A stretch of 34,484 bases of DNA from Candidatus Bipolaricaulota bacterium. GTDB lineage: Bacteria; Bipolaricaulota; Bipolaricaulia; UBA7950; UBA9294. Position 1 is the first letter of the stretch; each line of letters starts with the position of its first letter. Positions 1-8,101 of this stretch are shown here, piece after piece. The notes below the pieces were generated by a model. The model did no database searches, had not been told where the DNA came from, and saw only the letters and a list, made by a program, of their open reading frames with translations. Both the position numbers and the translations under genes were made by a program. Location of the stretch: the NCBI GenBank assembly GCA_021159105.1, contig JAGGSM010000091.1:1-34484 (forward strand), read 5' to 3'.

Positions 1-1111
1 CCCCTGGGATCATCCGCTGGCACGAGGACATGGGAGTGATGTACGACAAGGTCGACGGGGAGTACGTGGAGGCGCACGGAGGCGGTACCTCTCGCATGCG
101 TATGCACTCGGCCAAGGACTACACGGGTAAGGAGACGTTCAACGCCATCCGCGACCAGGCGCGCAACCTGGACATCCCGGTGCTGGAGTTCTTCCCGGCT
201 GTCGAACTGTTGTTGGACAAGCGCGGTCACGCTGCGGGCGCGGTGGTGTACAACATCGAGACCGAGGAGTATCGCGTGATTCGTGCCAAGGCGACCGTGC
301 TCGCTACAGGCGGGTTCGGGAGGATCCACATCCAGGGCTTCCCTACCACCAACCACTACGGGGCGACCGCTGATGGTCTCGTCATGGCCTACCGCGCCGG
401 GGCGAACATCATCGACATGGACTCGGTGCAGTATCACCCGACAGGAGTGGCCTTCCCCGCAGCGATCCTCGGCCAGTTGGCGACGGAGAAGCTGAGGAAC
501 CAGGGGGCGATGCCGGTGAACGTGGACGGGGAGGCGTTCGTCTTCCCTCTCGAGCCGCGCGACGTTGAATCGGCGGCGATCATCGAGGAGTGCTGGATGA
601 AGAACAAGGGGATCGAGACGCCGAGCGGGATCAGGGGTGTATGGCTGGACACGCCGATGATCGACGCCATACACGGCAAGGGGACGATCAAGAAGGTCCT
701 CGCCGCCATGTGGACGATGTGGCACAGGCACGACATCGACATCACCGTGGACCCGGCGCTGATCTACCCGACGCTGCACTACCAGAACGGCGGGGTGGAG
801 ATCGACGAGAACGGGTACACCAAGGTGCCTGGTTTGTTCGCCGGAGGAGAGTGCGAGGGAGGGGTGCACGGTAAGAACAGGCTGATGGGGAACTCCCAGC
901 TCGACTACAACGTGTTCGGCCGCCGTGCTGGTATCTCTGCTGGCAAGTGGGCTAAGAGCGCGAAGGTCGACGGGTTGTCCCTCAAGCACGTGATCGACTA
1001 CGAGAAGGAGCTGGAGAGAGCAGGGATCAGTACCGACCGAAGGCGCCGATCATCCTCCCCGACTACCGGCCGCAGGCAGTGCGTGAGCACACCCTAGGGC
1101 ATCTGCTATGA
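1..1111 (+). CDS. SdhA/FrdA/TfrA-family FAD flavoprotein (fumarate reductase / succinate dehydrogenase-like). 5' end is cut by the window edge and the 3' end is apparently frameshifted.
   Basis: Frame of ORF 30..1097 has no stop back to nt 3, so the N-terminal FAD domain lies outside the window. Motifs VLATGGFGR, SVQYHPTG and GVHGKNRLMGNSQLD are typical of this flavoprotein family. The last ~20 codons of this frame (RRRRSSSPTTGRRQCVSTP) look non-protein-like. The frame one nt back, from ~1034, reads RPKAPIILPDYRPQAVREHTLGHLL* and ends at TGA 1109-1111, in an ATGA overlap with the next gene. Confidence 0.75.
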
Positions 1112-1398
1112 ACAAGGGGTCTACCGTGGATGGAGCAAACGTTGGCAACCGCTGGGAAACCAGAAACGGATCGATCACCATTGTCAATGATCTGTGCAAG
1201 GGATGTGGCCTGTGCATCGAATTCTGCCCGATCCAGGTGCTCGGTAAATCGGAGCACTTCAACGAGAAAGGGTATCACTATCCAGAGATGCTAGAACCCG
1301 AGAAGTGTGTAAACTGTGGTTACTGTCAGCTTCTCTGCCCGGACTTCGCCATCTGGAGCGAGAGGGACGACAAACAAGAAGGTGAGAGGGATGAATAA
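1108..1398 (+). CDS. 2x[4Fe-4S] dicluster ferredoxin, 2-oxoacid:ferredoxin oxidoreductase delta-subunit-like
   Basis: Two CxxCxxCxxxCP motifs (CKGCGLCIEFCP and CVNCGYCQLLCP). 96 aa. Sits directly upstream of, and overlaps, the OFOR alpha gene. Confidence 0.85.
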   Translation: MNKGSTVDGANVGNRWETRNGSITIVNDLCKGCGLCIEFCPIQVLGKSEHFNEKGYHYPEMLEPEKCVNCGYCQLLCPDFAIWSERDDKQEGERDE

Positions 1399-2536
1399 GA
1401 AGGATATCCTTGCCGGGGAGCACTTCCTAAACGGGGATGTCGCCTGCGCTGAAGGAGCGATAGCCGCCGGTTGTCGGCTGTTCGCTGGCTACCCGATCAC
1501 CCCACAATCGGAGATCACTGAGACGATGGCCCACCGCCTTCCCACGATCGGTGGATTCTTCCTCCAGATGGAGGATGAACTGGCATCGATCGCCGCCGTT
1601 CTCGGAGGGGCGTGGGGAGGGATGAAGGCGATGACTGCCACCTCTGGCCCCGGGTTCTCGCTGATGATGGAGAACCTCGGCCTGGGGATCATGACCGAGA
1701 CCCCGTGCGTGATCGTCGACGTGCAGCGCGGCGGGCCGAGCACCGGGCTCCCCACCGCGACATCGCAGGCGGACATGATGCAGGCGCGCTGGGGGACACA
1801 CGGCGACCACGAGATTATCGCCTACGCACCGGCGTCTCCGCAGGAGATGTTCGATCAGACGATCAAGGCGTTCAATCAATCCGAGCGCTACCGCCAACCG
1901 GTGCTGGTGATGGCCGATGAGGTGGTGGGACACATGATGGAGCGGGTGGTCATCGATCCGGATAAGATCGAAATCTATCCGCGGCGCAAACCGAGCGTCC
2001 CCTACGAGGAATTTCTCCCTTACAGAGGCGGGGCGGATATGGTCCCGGAGATGGCCTGCGCTGGAGAGGGGTACCGGGTGCACGTCACCGGGCTGACGCA
2101 CGATGAACGTGGTTACCCCGATCTATCGGTGGAGAGCCAGGATGCATTGATGCATCGTCTGATAGGAAAGATTCGGGATAACGCCGATCAGATCATCGAA
2201 GTGGAGGAGGAGAATATCCGCGGGGCGGATGTTGTTCTCGTCACCTACGGGATCGCTGCACGAACATCGCTGCGCGCGATGGAGCTAGCGGAGCAGAAAG
2301 GGATCAAGGTCGGAATGTTGCGCCTCATTACGGTGTGGCCGTTCCCACTTAAGGAGGTGCGTAAGATCGCCGGCGCGGTGAAGGGGATAGTCGTCCCGGA
2401 GCTGAACCTGGGGCAGATCGTGCGCGAAGTGGAGAGGGCCGCGGCTGGGCAGTGCCCGGTCCGCCTGGTTGGCCACGCCGGAGGCGGATTGCACCGGCCG
2501 GAGGACATTCTCACCGCGATCGAGGAGGTGGCATGA
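1391..2536 (+). CDS. korA: 2-oxoacid (probably 2-oxoglutarate):ferredoxin oxidoreductase alpha subunit
   Basis: MNKKDILAGEHFLNGDVACAEGAIAAGCRLFAGYPITPQSEI...TATSGPGFSLMMENLG is typical of OFOR alpha subunits. I chose the internal ATG at 1391 (8-nt overlap with the ferredoxin stop) over the ORF-track start at 1316. Substrate is inferred only from the TCA gene context. Confidence 0.85.
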   Translation: MNKKDILAGEHFLNGDVACAEGAIAAGCRLFAGYPITPQSEITETMAHRLPTIGGFFLQMEDELASIAAVLGGAWGGMKAMTATSGPGFSLMMENLGLGIMTETPCVIVDVQRGGPSTGLPTATSQADMMQARWGTHGDHEIIAYAPASPQEMFDQTIKAFNQSERYRQPVLVMADEVVGHMMERVVIDPDKIEIYPRRKPSVPYEEFLPYRGGADMVPEMACAGEGYRVHVTGLTHDERGYPDLSVESQDALMHRLIGKIRDNADQIIEVEEENIRGADVVLVTYGIAARTSLRAMELAEQKGIKVGMLRLITVWPFPLKEVRKIAGAVKGIVVPELNLGQIVREVERAAAGQCPVRLVGHAGGGLHRPEDILTAIEEVA

Positions 2537-3420
2537 TGAAACGTGTAGCGACAAAACCGGAGCCGAAGGTCGTAGCCGACGTTCACCATCCGCTGGAGCA
2601 CTACTTCAGGAACGAGCGTCTCCCTCACATCTGGTGCCCGGGTTGCGGGCTGGGGACATCGATGTCCTGTTTGGCAGCGGCGTTCGACCATCTCAAACTC
2701 GATGTGGATGATGTCTCCGTCGTCTCTGGGATCGGTTGTTCCGGACGCCTTGCTGGTTACATGCGTCCCGACTCCTACCATACCACGCACGGACGGGCCC
2801 TCCCATTCGCCACCGGATTACGGGTAGCGCTGGAGAAGACCAAACCGGGGCATAAGGTGGTCGTATTCAGCGGTGATGGCGATCTGTTCTCCATCGGGGG
2901 CAACCACTTTATCCACGCTGCTCGGCGCAACATTGACTTGAGTGTATTCTGTGTTAACAACTTCAACTACGGTATGACGGGAGGACAGGTCGGCCCGACA
3001 ACACCGCTGGGCTCGAAGGGAACGACGGCCCCCTACGGGATGTTCGAGCACCCGTTCAACCTTCCTTACCTCGCGGCATCGTCAGGAGCGCCGTACGTCG
3101 CGCGCTGGACGACGCTGCACGTGCACCGCCTGCAGCAGGCTATGGAGGAGGCGATACAGAAGCGCGGATTCACCTTCGTTGAGATCATCGCCCCCTGCCC
3201 GACCAACTTCGGCCGTAGGAACGGCCTTCCCACCGGTCTCGATGAGATGCGCTACTACCGAGAGGAAGCGGTGATCGAAAACTTCGCCGATCCCAAGGAC
3301 GCGGAGATCATACCGGGTAAGCCGTTCATCGTCGGGACCTTCGTGAACGAGGATAAGCCCGACTACGTGGCGATCTACGAGAAATTTGTGGCTGATCACT
3401 TTGGGGTGACTGTAAAGTGA
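2533..3420 (+). CDS. korB: 2-oxoacid:ferredoxin oxidoreductase beta subunit (TPP-binding)
   Basis: Contains WCPGCG, GIGCSGR and the GDGD TPP motif. Start ATG 2533 forms an ATGA overlap with the alpha stop. The ORF-track N-terminal extension (from 2452) is Arg/Pro-rich and overlaps korA. Confidence 0.88.
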   Translation: MMKRVATKPEPKVVADVHHPLEHYFRNERLPHIWCPGCGLGTSMSCLAAAFDHLKLDVDDVSVVSGIGCSGRLAGYMRPDSYHTTHGRALPFATGLRVALEKTKPGHKVVVFSGDGDLFSIGGNHFIHAARRNIDLSVFCVNNFNYGMTGGQVGPTTPLGSKGTTAPYGMFEHPFNLPYLAASSGAPYVARWTTLHVHRLQQAMEEAIQKRGFTFVEIIAPCPTNFGRRNGLPTGLDEMRYYREEAVIENFADPKDAEIIPGKPFIVGTFVNEDKPDYVAIYEKFVADHFGVTVK

Positions 3421-4277
3421 GCGATGAAGAACTAGTTGAACAGCTAGTCGAGGCGATCCGCAAGGCGGAGACTGTCCTTGGGCAAGATGTAGTCCTCGCC
3501 CTGGAAGCGGCGCGTGAGACCGAGAGCGGTGCGGCGCGTGTGCAGTTGGAGACGATGCTTCAAAACGTCGCTGCCGCGCGGGATGGTTCGATCCCCATGT
3601 GCCAAGACACAGGGATCCAGACGTTCATCTTGCGCGTCGGCGCGAGGTTCCCCGGTTTGGCAAGATTGAAGGCCCAGATCATCGAGGCAGTGCGTCGCGC
3701 GACGATCGAGATACCGCTTCGCCCGAACACTGTGCATCCCTTCACCGGGGAGAACCCGGGCGACAACGTGGGAGAGCACGTCCCCTACATCAGTTGGGAG
3801 ATCGTCGATGGCGACTCCTGTATCATCGAGCTCCTCCCCAAGGGTGGAGGGAGCGAGAACTGCGCCGCATTGGCGATGCTCCCTCCCGGTGTCGGGATAA
3901 AGGGAGTGAAGAAGTTCATCGTCGATCACGTGGTAGGTTGTGCGGGGAAGCCGTGTCCGCCGGGGATCGTCGGCGTGGGGATCGGCGGTGGAGCCGATCT
4001 ATCCCTCAAGTTAGCGAAGCTGTCGCTGCTGCGAGCGGTCGGATCGCGCCACCCTGAAGATAACGTCGCCTCACTTGAGGTGGAGCTGCGTGATCTGATA
4101 AACCGTAGTGGGATCGGGCCGATGGGTATGGGCGGAAAGACGACCTGCCTCGACGTACACATAGAATACGCTCATCGGCACCCGGCATCGCTTCCGGTGG
4201 GGATCGTCTACCAGTGCTGGAGCGATCGGCGAGCGAGGGTGACGATAGACGCCAGCGGCGTGATCGAGGTGAGCTAG
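3417..4277 (+). CDS. Class I (Fe-S) fumarate hydratase / tartrate dehydratase family, alpha (N-terminal-domain) subunit
   Basis: PMCQDTGI motif and overall similarity to two-subunit archaeal/Thermotoga-type FumA. The GTG start forms a GTGA overlap with the korB stop. Confidence 0.85.
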   Translation: MSDEELVEQLVEAIRKAETVLGQDVVLALEAARETESGAARVQLETMLQNVAAARDGSIPMCQDTGIQTFILRVGARFPGLARLKAQIIEAVRRATIEIPLRPNTVHPFTGENPGDNVGEHVPYISWEIVDGDSCIIELLPKGGGSENCAALAMLPPGVGIKGVKKFIVDHVVGCAGKPCPPGIVGVGIGGGADLSLKLAKLSLLRAVGSRHPEDNVASLEVELRDLINRSGIGPMGMGGKTTCLDVHIEYAHRHPASLPVGIVYQCWSDRRARVTIDASGVIEVS

Positions 4278-4868
4278 ATGAAACGGATACTTACGACTCC
4301 TATCTCCGAACAGGAAGCGCGCGACCTGCACGTGGGGGATGTGATATACATCACAGGGACGATGTTCACCGCCCGCGATGAGGCTCATCTGACGATGCTC
4401 GAGCAGGGTGCACCTTTCCCCATTGAAGGCCTGGCCCTCTATCACTGTGGGCCGGTGGTTAAGCAGGATGACGGCGGCTGGGAGATCGTCTCCGCCGGCC
4501 CGACGACCTCTGCCCGGATGGAGATCTTCGAGGATCGCTTCCTGGCGAAATTCCCCGTGCGCGTTATCATCGGCAAGGGTGGAATGGGCGAGAAGACCCT
4601 CGCTGCGCTGAAGAAGGTGGGGGCGGTCTACACGCACTACACCGGCGGAGCGGGAGCGCTCGCCGCGCGGGCGATCAGCACTGTCACGGACGTCCACTGG
4701 CTCAACGAGCTTGGCATGCCGGAGGCAGTGTGGGTCCTCTCCGTTGTGGAGTTCGGTCCCTTGACCGTGGCCATGGATGCCCACGGTAAGAGCTTGTACA
4801 GCACGCTAGGTGAAACTGTAGACAAGAACATGCAAGCAATACATGATCAGATCGAAAGGAGCAAATGA
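4278..4868 (+). CDS. Class I fumarate hydratase / tartrate dehydratase family, beta (C-terminal-domain) subunit
   Basis: LHVGDVIYITGTMFTARDEAH...GKGGMG is typical of the beta subunit. It starts the nucleotide after the alpha stop. Confidence 0.85.
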   Translation: MKRILTTPISEQEARDLHVGDVIYITGTMFTARDEAHLTMLEQGAPFPIEGLALYHCGPVVKQDDGGWEIVSAGPTTSARMEIFEDRFLAKFPVRVIIGKGGMGEKTLAALKKVGAVYTHYTGGAGALAARAISTVTDVHWLNELGMPEAVWVLSVVEFGPLTVAMDAHGKSLYSTLGETVDKNMQAIHDQIERSK

Positions 4869-6226
4869 TGGGCGAGGAGAAACTGAGCGTAGAAGAGATG
4901 AAGCGCCGGGCGGAGATTCCAGCTAAGAAGGCGCCATCGTGGCACAAGTTCTACCGAGGGAAGATCGAGACGACGCTCAAGTGCGCCGTCAATGAAGTGA
5001 GCGACTTTGGCATCTGGTACACCCCGGGGGTAGCCGCTCCGTGCAAGGAGATCGAGGCCGACCAGAGCAAGGTGTTCGACTACACAAACAAGGCGAACAC
5101 GGTGGCCGTCGTCTCCGACGGATCGCGCGTACTCGGGCTGGGGAACATCGGTCCGCACGCCGGCCTGCCGGTGATGGAGGGGAAGGCTCTTCTGTTCAAG
5201 TACCTGGGGGGAGTCGGCGCCTTTCCGATCATGCTCGACACCCAGGACCCAGAGGAGATCATCCAGGCGGTGAAGTGGATCGCTCCTGGGTTCGGCGGCG
5301 TTAACCTGGAGGACTTTGCCAACCCCAAGTGTTTCTACATCCTGGACCGGCTGCGGGCGGAGCTCGATATCCCCGTCTGGCACGACGATCAGCAGGGGAC
5401 GGCATCGATCACCCTCGCTGGACTGATCAACGCTCTCAAGGTCGTGGGCAAGGACATGAATAAGGTCACCTACTGCGTGATCGGGACAGGCTCGGCGAAC
5501 ATCGCCTTCGTGCGCATATTGCTCTCCGCCGGTGTCCCCGCGGGTAACGTGATCATGGTGGATAGCAAGGGGATCCTCCATCCGGGCCGCGAGGACCTGG
5601 AGGCAAATCAGGACAAGAACCCCTACAAGTGGCACTACGCGCAGGTGACGAACTCCGAGCACCGCACCGGCGACATAACCGAGGCGATCGCGGGGAGCGA
5701 CGTGCTGATCGCCGCGTCGAAGCCCGGGCCGGGGACGATCAAGCAGGAATGGCTGCGCGCGATGAACAAGGACGCCATCGCGTTCATCATGGCCAACCCC
5801 ACCCCGGAGATCTGGCCGTGGGAGGCCAAGGAAGCAGGGGTGCGCATCGTGGGCACGGGAAGGTCGGACTTCCCCAACCAGGTGAACAACTCCATCGGCT
5901 TCCCCGGGATCTTCCGCGGTACGCTCGACGTCTTCGCTAAGACGATCACCGACGAGATGGCGATCGCTGCGGCACACGCCATCGCCGAGACGGCGGAGAA
6001 GAACGGGATCAGCGAGGACTATATTGTCCCTACGATGATGGAGACCGAGGTGTTCATAAACGAAGCGGTGGCTGTGGGGATGAAGGCGATCGAGCAAGGG
6101 ATCGCCCGCCGCATCCTGACCGAGGATGAGCTGCGTAGCGAAGCGGAGGAGAAGATCCGCCACGCACAAGCTGAGACGAAGATCCTCATGGATGCCGGCC
6201 ACATCGCCCCTCCGCCGAGCGGCTGA
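4865..6226 (+). CDS. NAD(P)-dependent malic enzyme (short, ~450 aa form)
   Basis: Contains YTPGVA, VVSDGSRVLGLGNIG, FGGVNLEDF and VIGTGSANIA motifs. ATGA overlap with the upstream stop. Confidence 0.9.
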   Translation: MMGEEKLSVEEMKRRAEIPAKKAPSWHKFYRGKIETTLKCAVNEVSDFGIWYTPGVAAPCKEIEADQSKVFDYTNKANTVAVVSDGSRVLGLGNIGPHAGLPVMEGKALLFKYLGGVGAFPIMLDTQDPEEIIQAVKWIAPGFGGVNLEDFANPKCFYILDRLRAELDIPVWHDDQQGTASITLAGLINALKVVGKDMNKVTYCVIGTGSANIAFVRILLSAGVPAGNVIMVDSKGILHPGREDLEANQDKNPYKWHYAQVTNSEHRTGDITEAIAGSDVLIAASKPGPGTIKQEWLRAMNKDAIAFIMANPTPEIWPWEAKEAGVRIVGTGRSDFPNQVNNSIGFPGIFRGTLDVFAKTITDEMAIAAAHAIAETAEKNGISEDYIVPTMMETEVFINEAVAVGMKAIEQGIARRILTEDELRSEAEEKIRHAQAETKILMDAGHIAPPPSG

Positions 6227-6255
6227 CCAGGGCAGATTGCCTGAGAGAATGAGAG

Positions 6256-6285
6256 AGCCGGTCCATGCCTGGGCCGGCTTTTTTT
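6256..6285 (+). terminator. Intrinsic terminator between convergent malic enzyme and coaD
   Basis: AGCCGGTCCA tgcc TGGGCCGGCT gives a 10-bp stem with one G-U pair, followed by TTTTTTT. It sits 30 nt after the malic enzyme stop. Confidence 0.7.
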
Positions 6286-6286
6286 G

Positions 6287-6781
6287 CTACTGACTTGCGA
6301 ATTTCTTGCTCAACGCCTTATCGACGCTATCGGGGACGAATGAGCTGATGTTGCCGCCGAAGCGCTTCACTTCTTTGACGATCGATGAGGAGAGGAAGGA
6401 GTACTTCCCCGCGGTCATGAACAGGACAGTCTCGATGTCGGAGTCCAGGTCGCGGTTGGTTAGTGCCATCTGGAATTCGTAGTCAAAATCCGAGTTTGCC
6501 CGCAGGCCACGCACGACGGCACTTGCCCCAAGCTTGTGCACGCAGTCGATCAGCAGGCCAGCGTAGCTCGTCACCTCGACCCCGTCGATTCCCATCTCAG
6601 TCAGGGCATCTCGTGTTATCCGTTCGCGTTCCTCCACTGAGAAGAGGGCGTTCTTGTTCGGATTGGCGACGATGGCGATGATCAGCTTTGGGAACAGCTT
6701 GCGCGCGCGGCGGACGATGTCGATGTGTCCGTAGGTGATCGGATCGAAGCTCCCCGGGTAGATCGCTTTTGGCATAGTCAT
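6287..6781 (-). CDS. coaD: Phosphopantetheine adenylyltransferase
   Basis: AIYPGSFDPITYGHIDIVRRA (the T/HxGH nucleotidyltransferase motif). 164 aa. Confidence 0.92.
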   Translation of the reverse strand: MTMPKAIYPGSFDPITYGHIDIVRRARKLFPKLIIAIVANPNKNALFSVEERERITRDALTEMGIDGVEVTSYAGLLIDCVHKLGASAVVRGLRANSDFDYEFQMALTNRDLDSDIETVLFMTAGKYSFLSSSIVKEVKRFGGNISSFVPDSVDKALSKKFASQ

Positions 6782-6793
6782 GATGGATTAATT

Positions 6794-8101
6794 CTAGCTC
6801 GTAGCCGGAGGTAACACAATCTCCTGCACGGTCTGTTCTTTCACGCTCTCTACACCCGGGCCAACGACGGTGATGTTCATCCGACCTGAGTCGACGTAGG
6901 CGTCGATGATGCGACGAGCGTCAGCAAGCCGCACAGCATCGATCCGCTCGATCAGCTCGTCTGGGGAGAGGATCTTGCTACCTGCAATCGCTGCCCCTCC
7001 CAGTCGGGCCATGCGGTTGATGTTCGACTCGAGGTCGAGGATGAAGTTCCCCCGCAGTTTCGCTCGTGCTAGGTCGAGCTCATCCTGTCGCACGCCGTCG
7101 CGGCGCAGTGTGTTGATCTCCTCCAACAGGATGTCCAGTGTCCGCTCGACATTCTCAGGAGCGATCCCAGCGTAGGTGAGCCATACCCCGGCGTCGGAGT
7201 AGCTGAGCACCGAGCTCGACACGGCGTAGGCCAGCCCCAGCTCTTCGCGCACGTGCACGAATAGGCGCGAGCTCATCCCCCCGCCAAGGATGGCGTTCAC
7301 AACCTCTGCTGCAAAGCGATCATCATTCCTTGCATCCGGTGCCGGAAGCCCGATGTAGATGTGGGTCTGTCCGGTATCGCGCGCGTGGGTGTTGTGATCG
7401 CTTCGCAACATCGGGGCTTGGCGTTGCGAGCTGTTCCGTCCCAGTGGGTCTGCGTCGAACATCTGTGACGCCAGAGCGATGACACTCTCTGTGTGTGCTG
7501 CTCCACACACCACCAGAATCATGTTATCCGGCGTGTAGAAGCGCTCATGGAACGAGGCGAGATCGCTTCGCGACACGCCCTCGATCGTTTCGCGCTCTCC
7601 CAGAACAGAACGGGTCAGCGGATGGTCGTCCTGCCACAGTCCGGCGGTGAACAGGTCGTATGCCTGCTGTTCCGGGTCGTCATCGCGGCCGCGGATCTCT
7701 TCCAGCACGACTCCTCTCTCTCGTTCCAGTTCGACCGAGGAGAACTCGGGATGCTGGGCGATGTCGGAGATGATCTCCAGGACTTCGCGCAGGCCGCTTG
7801 CCGGAGCCTCAGCGTAGTAGAAGGTCGACTCCTTCCCAGTCGCCCCATTTATCTGCCCGCCGAGAGCATCTATCTGACGGGAGATCTCCTTGGCGCTCCT
7901 GGTCGGAGTTCCCTTGAACAGCATGTGCTCGATGAAGTGGGAGATGCCGGAGCGGTCCGTGGGATCGTCGCGGCTGCCAACCCGCACCCACAGCCCGGCG
8001 CTGATGGAACGGGAATGCGGGACCTCTTCCACGAGGACCCGCATTCCGTTATCCAGTATGGCCTCTGACAGGCCGCGATCGAGGTGAGATGTTTTCACCA
8101 A
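6794..8101 (-). CDS. M16-family (pitrilysin-like) zinc peptidase
   Basis: HFIEHMLFKGT (inverted HxxEH zinc motif). 435 aa. Located directly downstream of pnp, as in many bacteria, with a 7-nt overlap with the pnp stop. Confidence 0.88.
   Translation of the reverse strand: MVKTSHLDRGLSEAILDNGMRVLVEEVPHSRSISAGLWVRVGSRDDPTDRSGISHFIEHMLFKGTPTRSAKEISRQIDALGGQINGATGKESTFYYAEAPASGLREVLEIISDIAQHPEFSSVELERERGVVLEEIRGRDDDPEQQAYDLFTAGLWQDDHPLTRSVLGERETIEGVSRSDLASFHERFYTPDNMILVVCGAAHTESVIALASQMFDADPLGRNSSQRQAPMLRSDHNTHARDTGQTHIYIGLPAPDARNDDRFAAEVVNAILGGGMSSRLFVHVREELGLAYAVSSSVLSYSDAGVWLTYAGIAPENVERTLDILLEEINTLRRDGVRQDELDLARAKLRGNFILDLESNINRMARLGGAAIAGSKILSPDELIERIDAVRLADARRIIDAYVDSGRMNITVVGPGVESVKEQTVQEIVLPPATS

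Noticed and set aside
1020-1111. Programmed -1 ribosomal frameshift in the flavoprotein gene
   Set aside because: There is no slippery heptamer or obvious downstream stimulatory structure at the frame junction. A 1-nt indel, real or an assembly error, is the simpler explanation.
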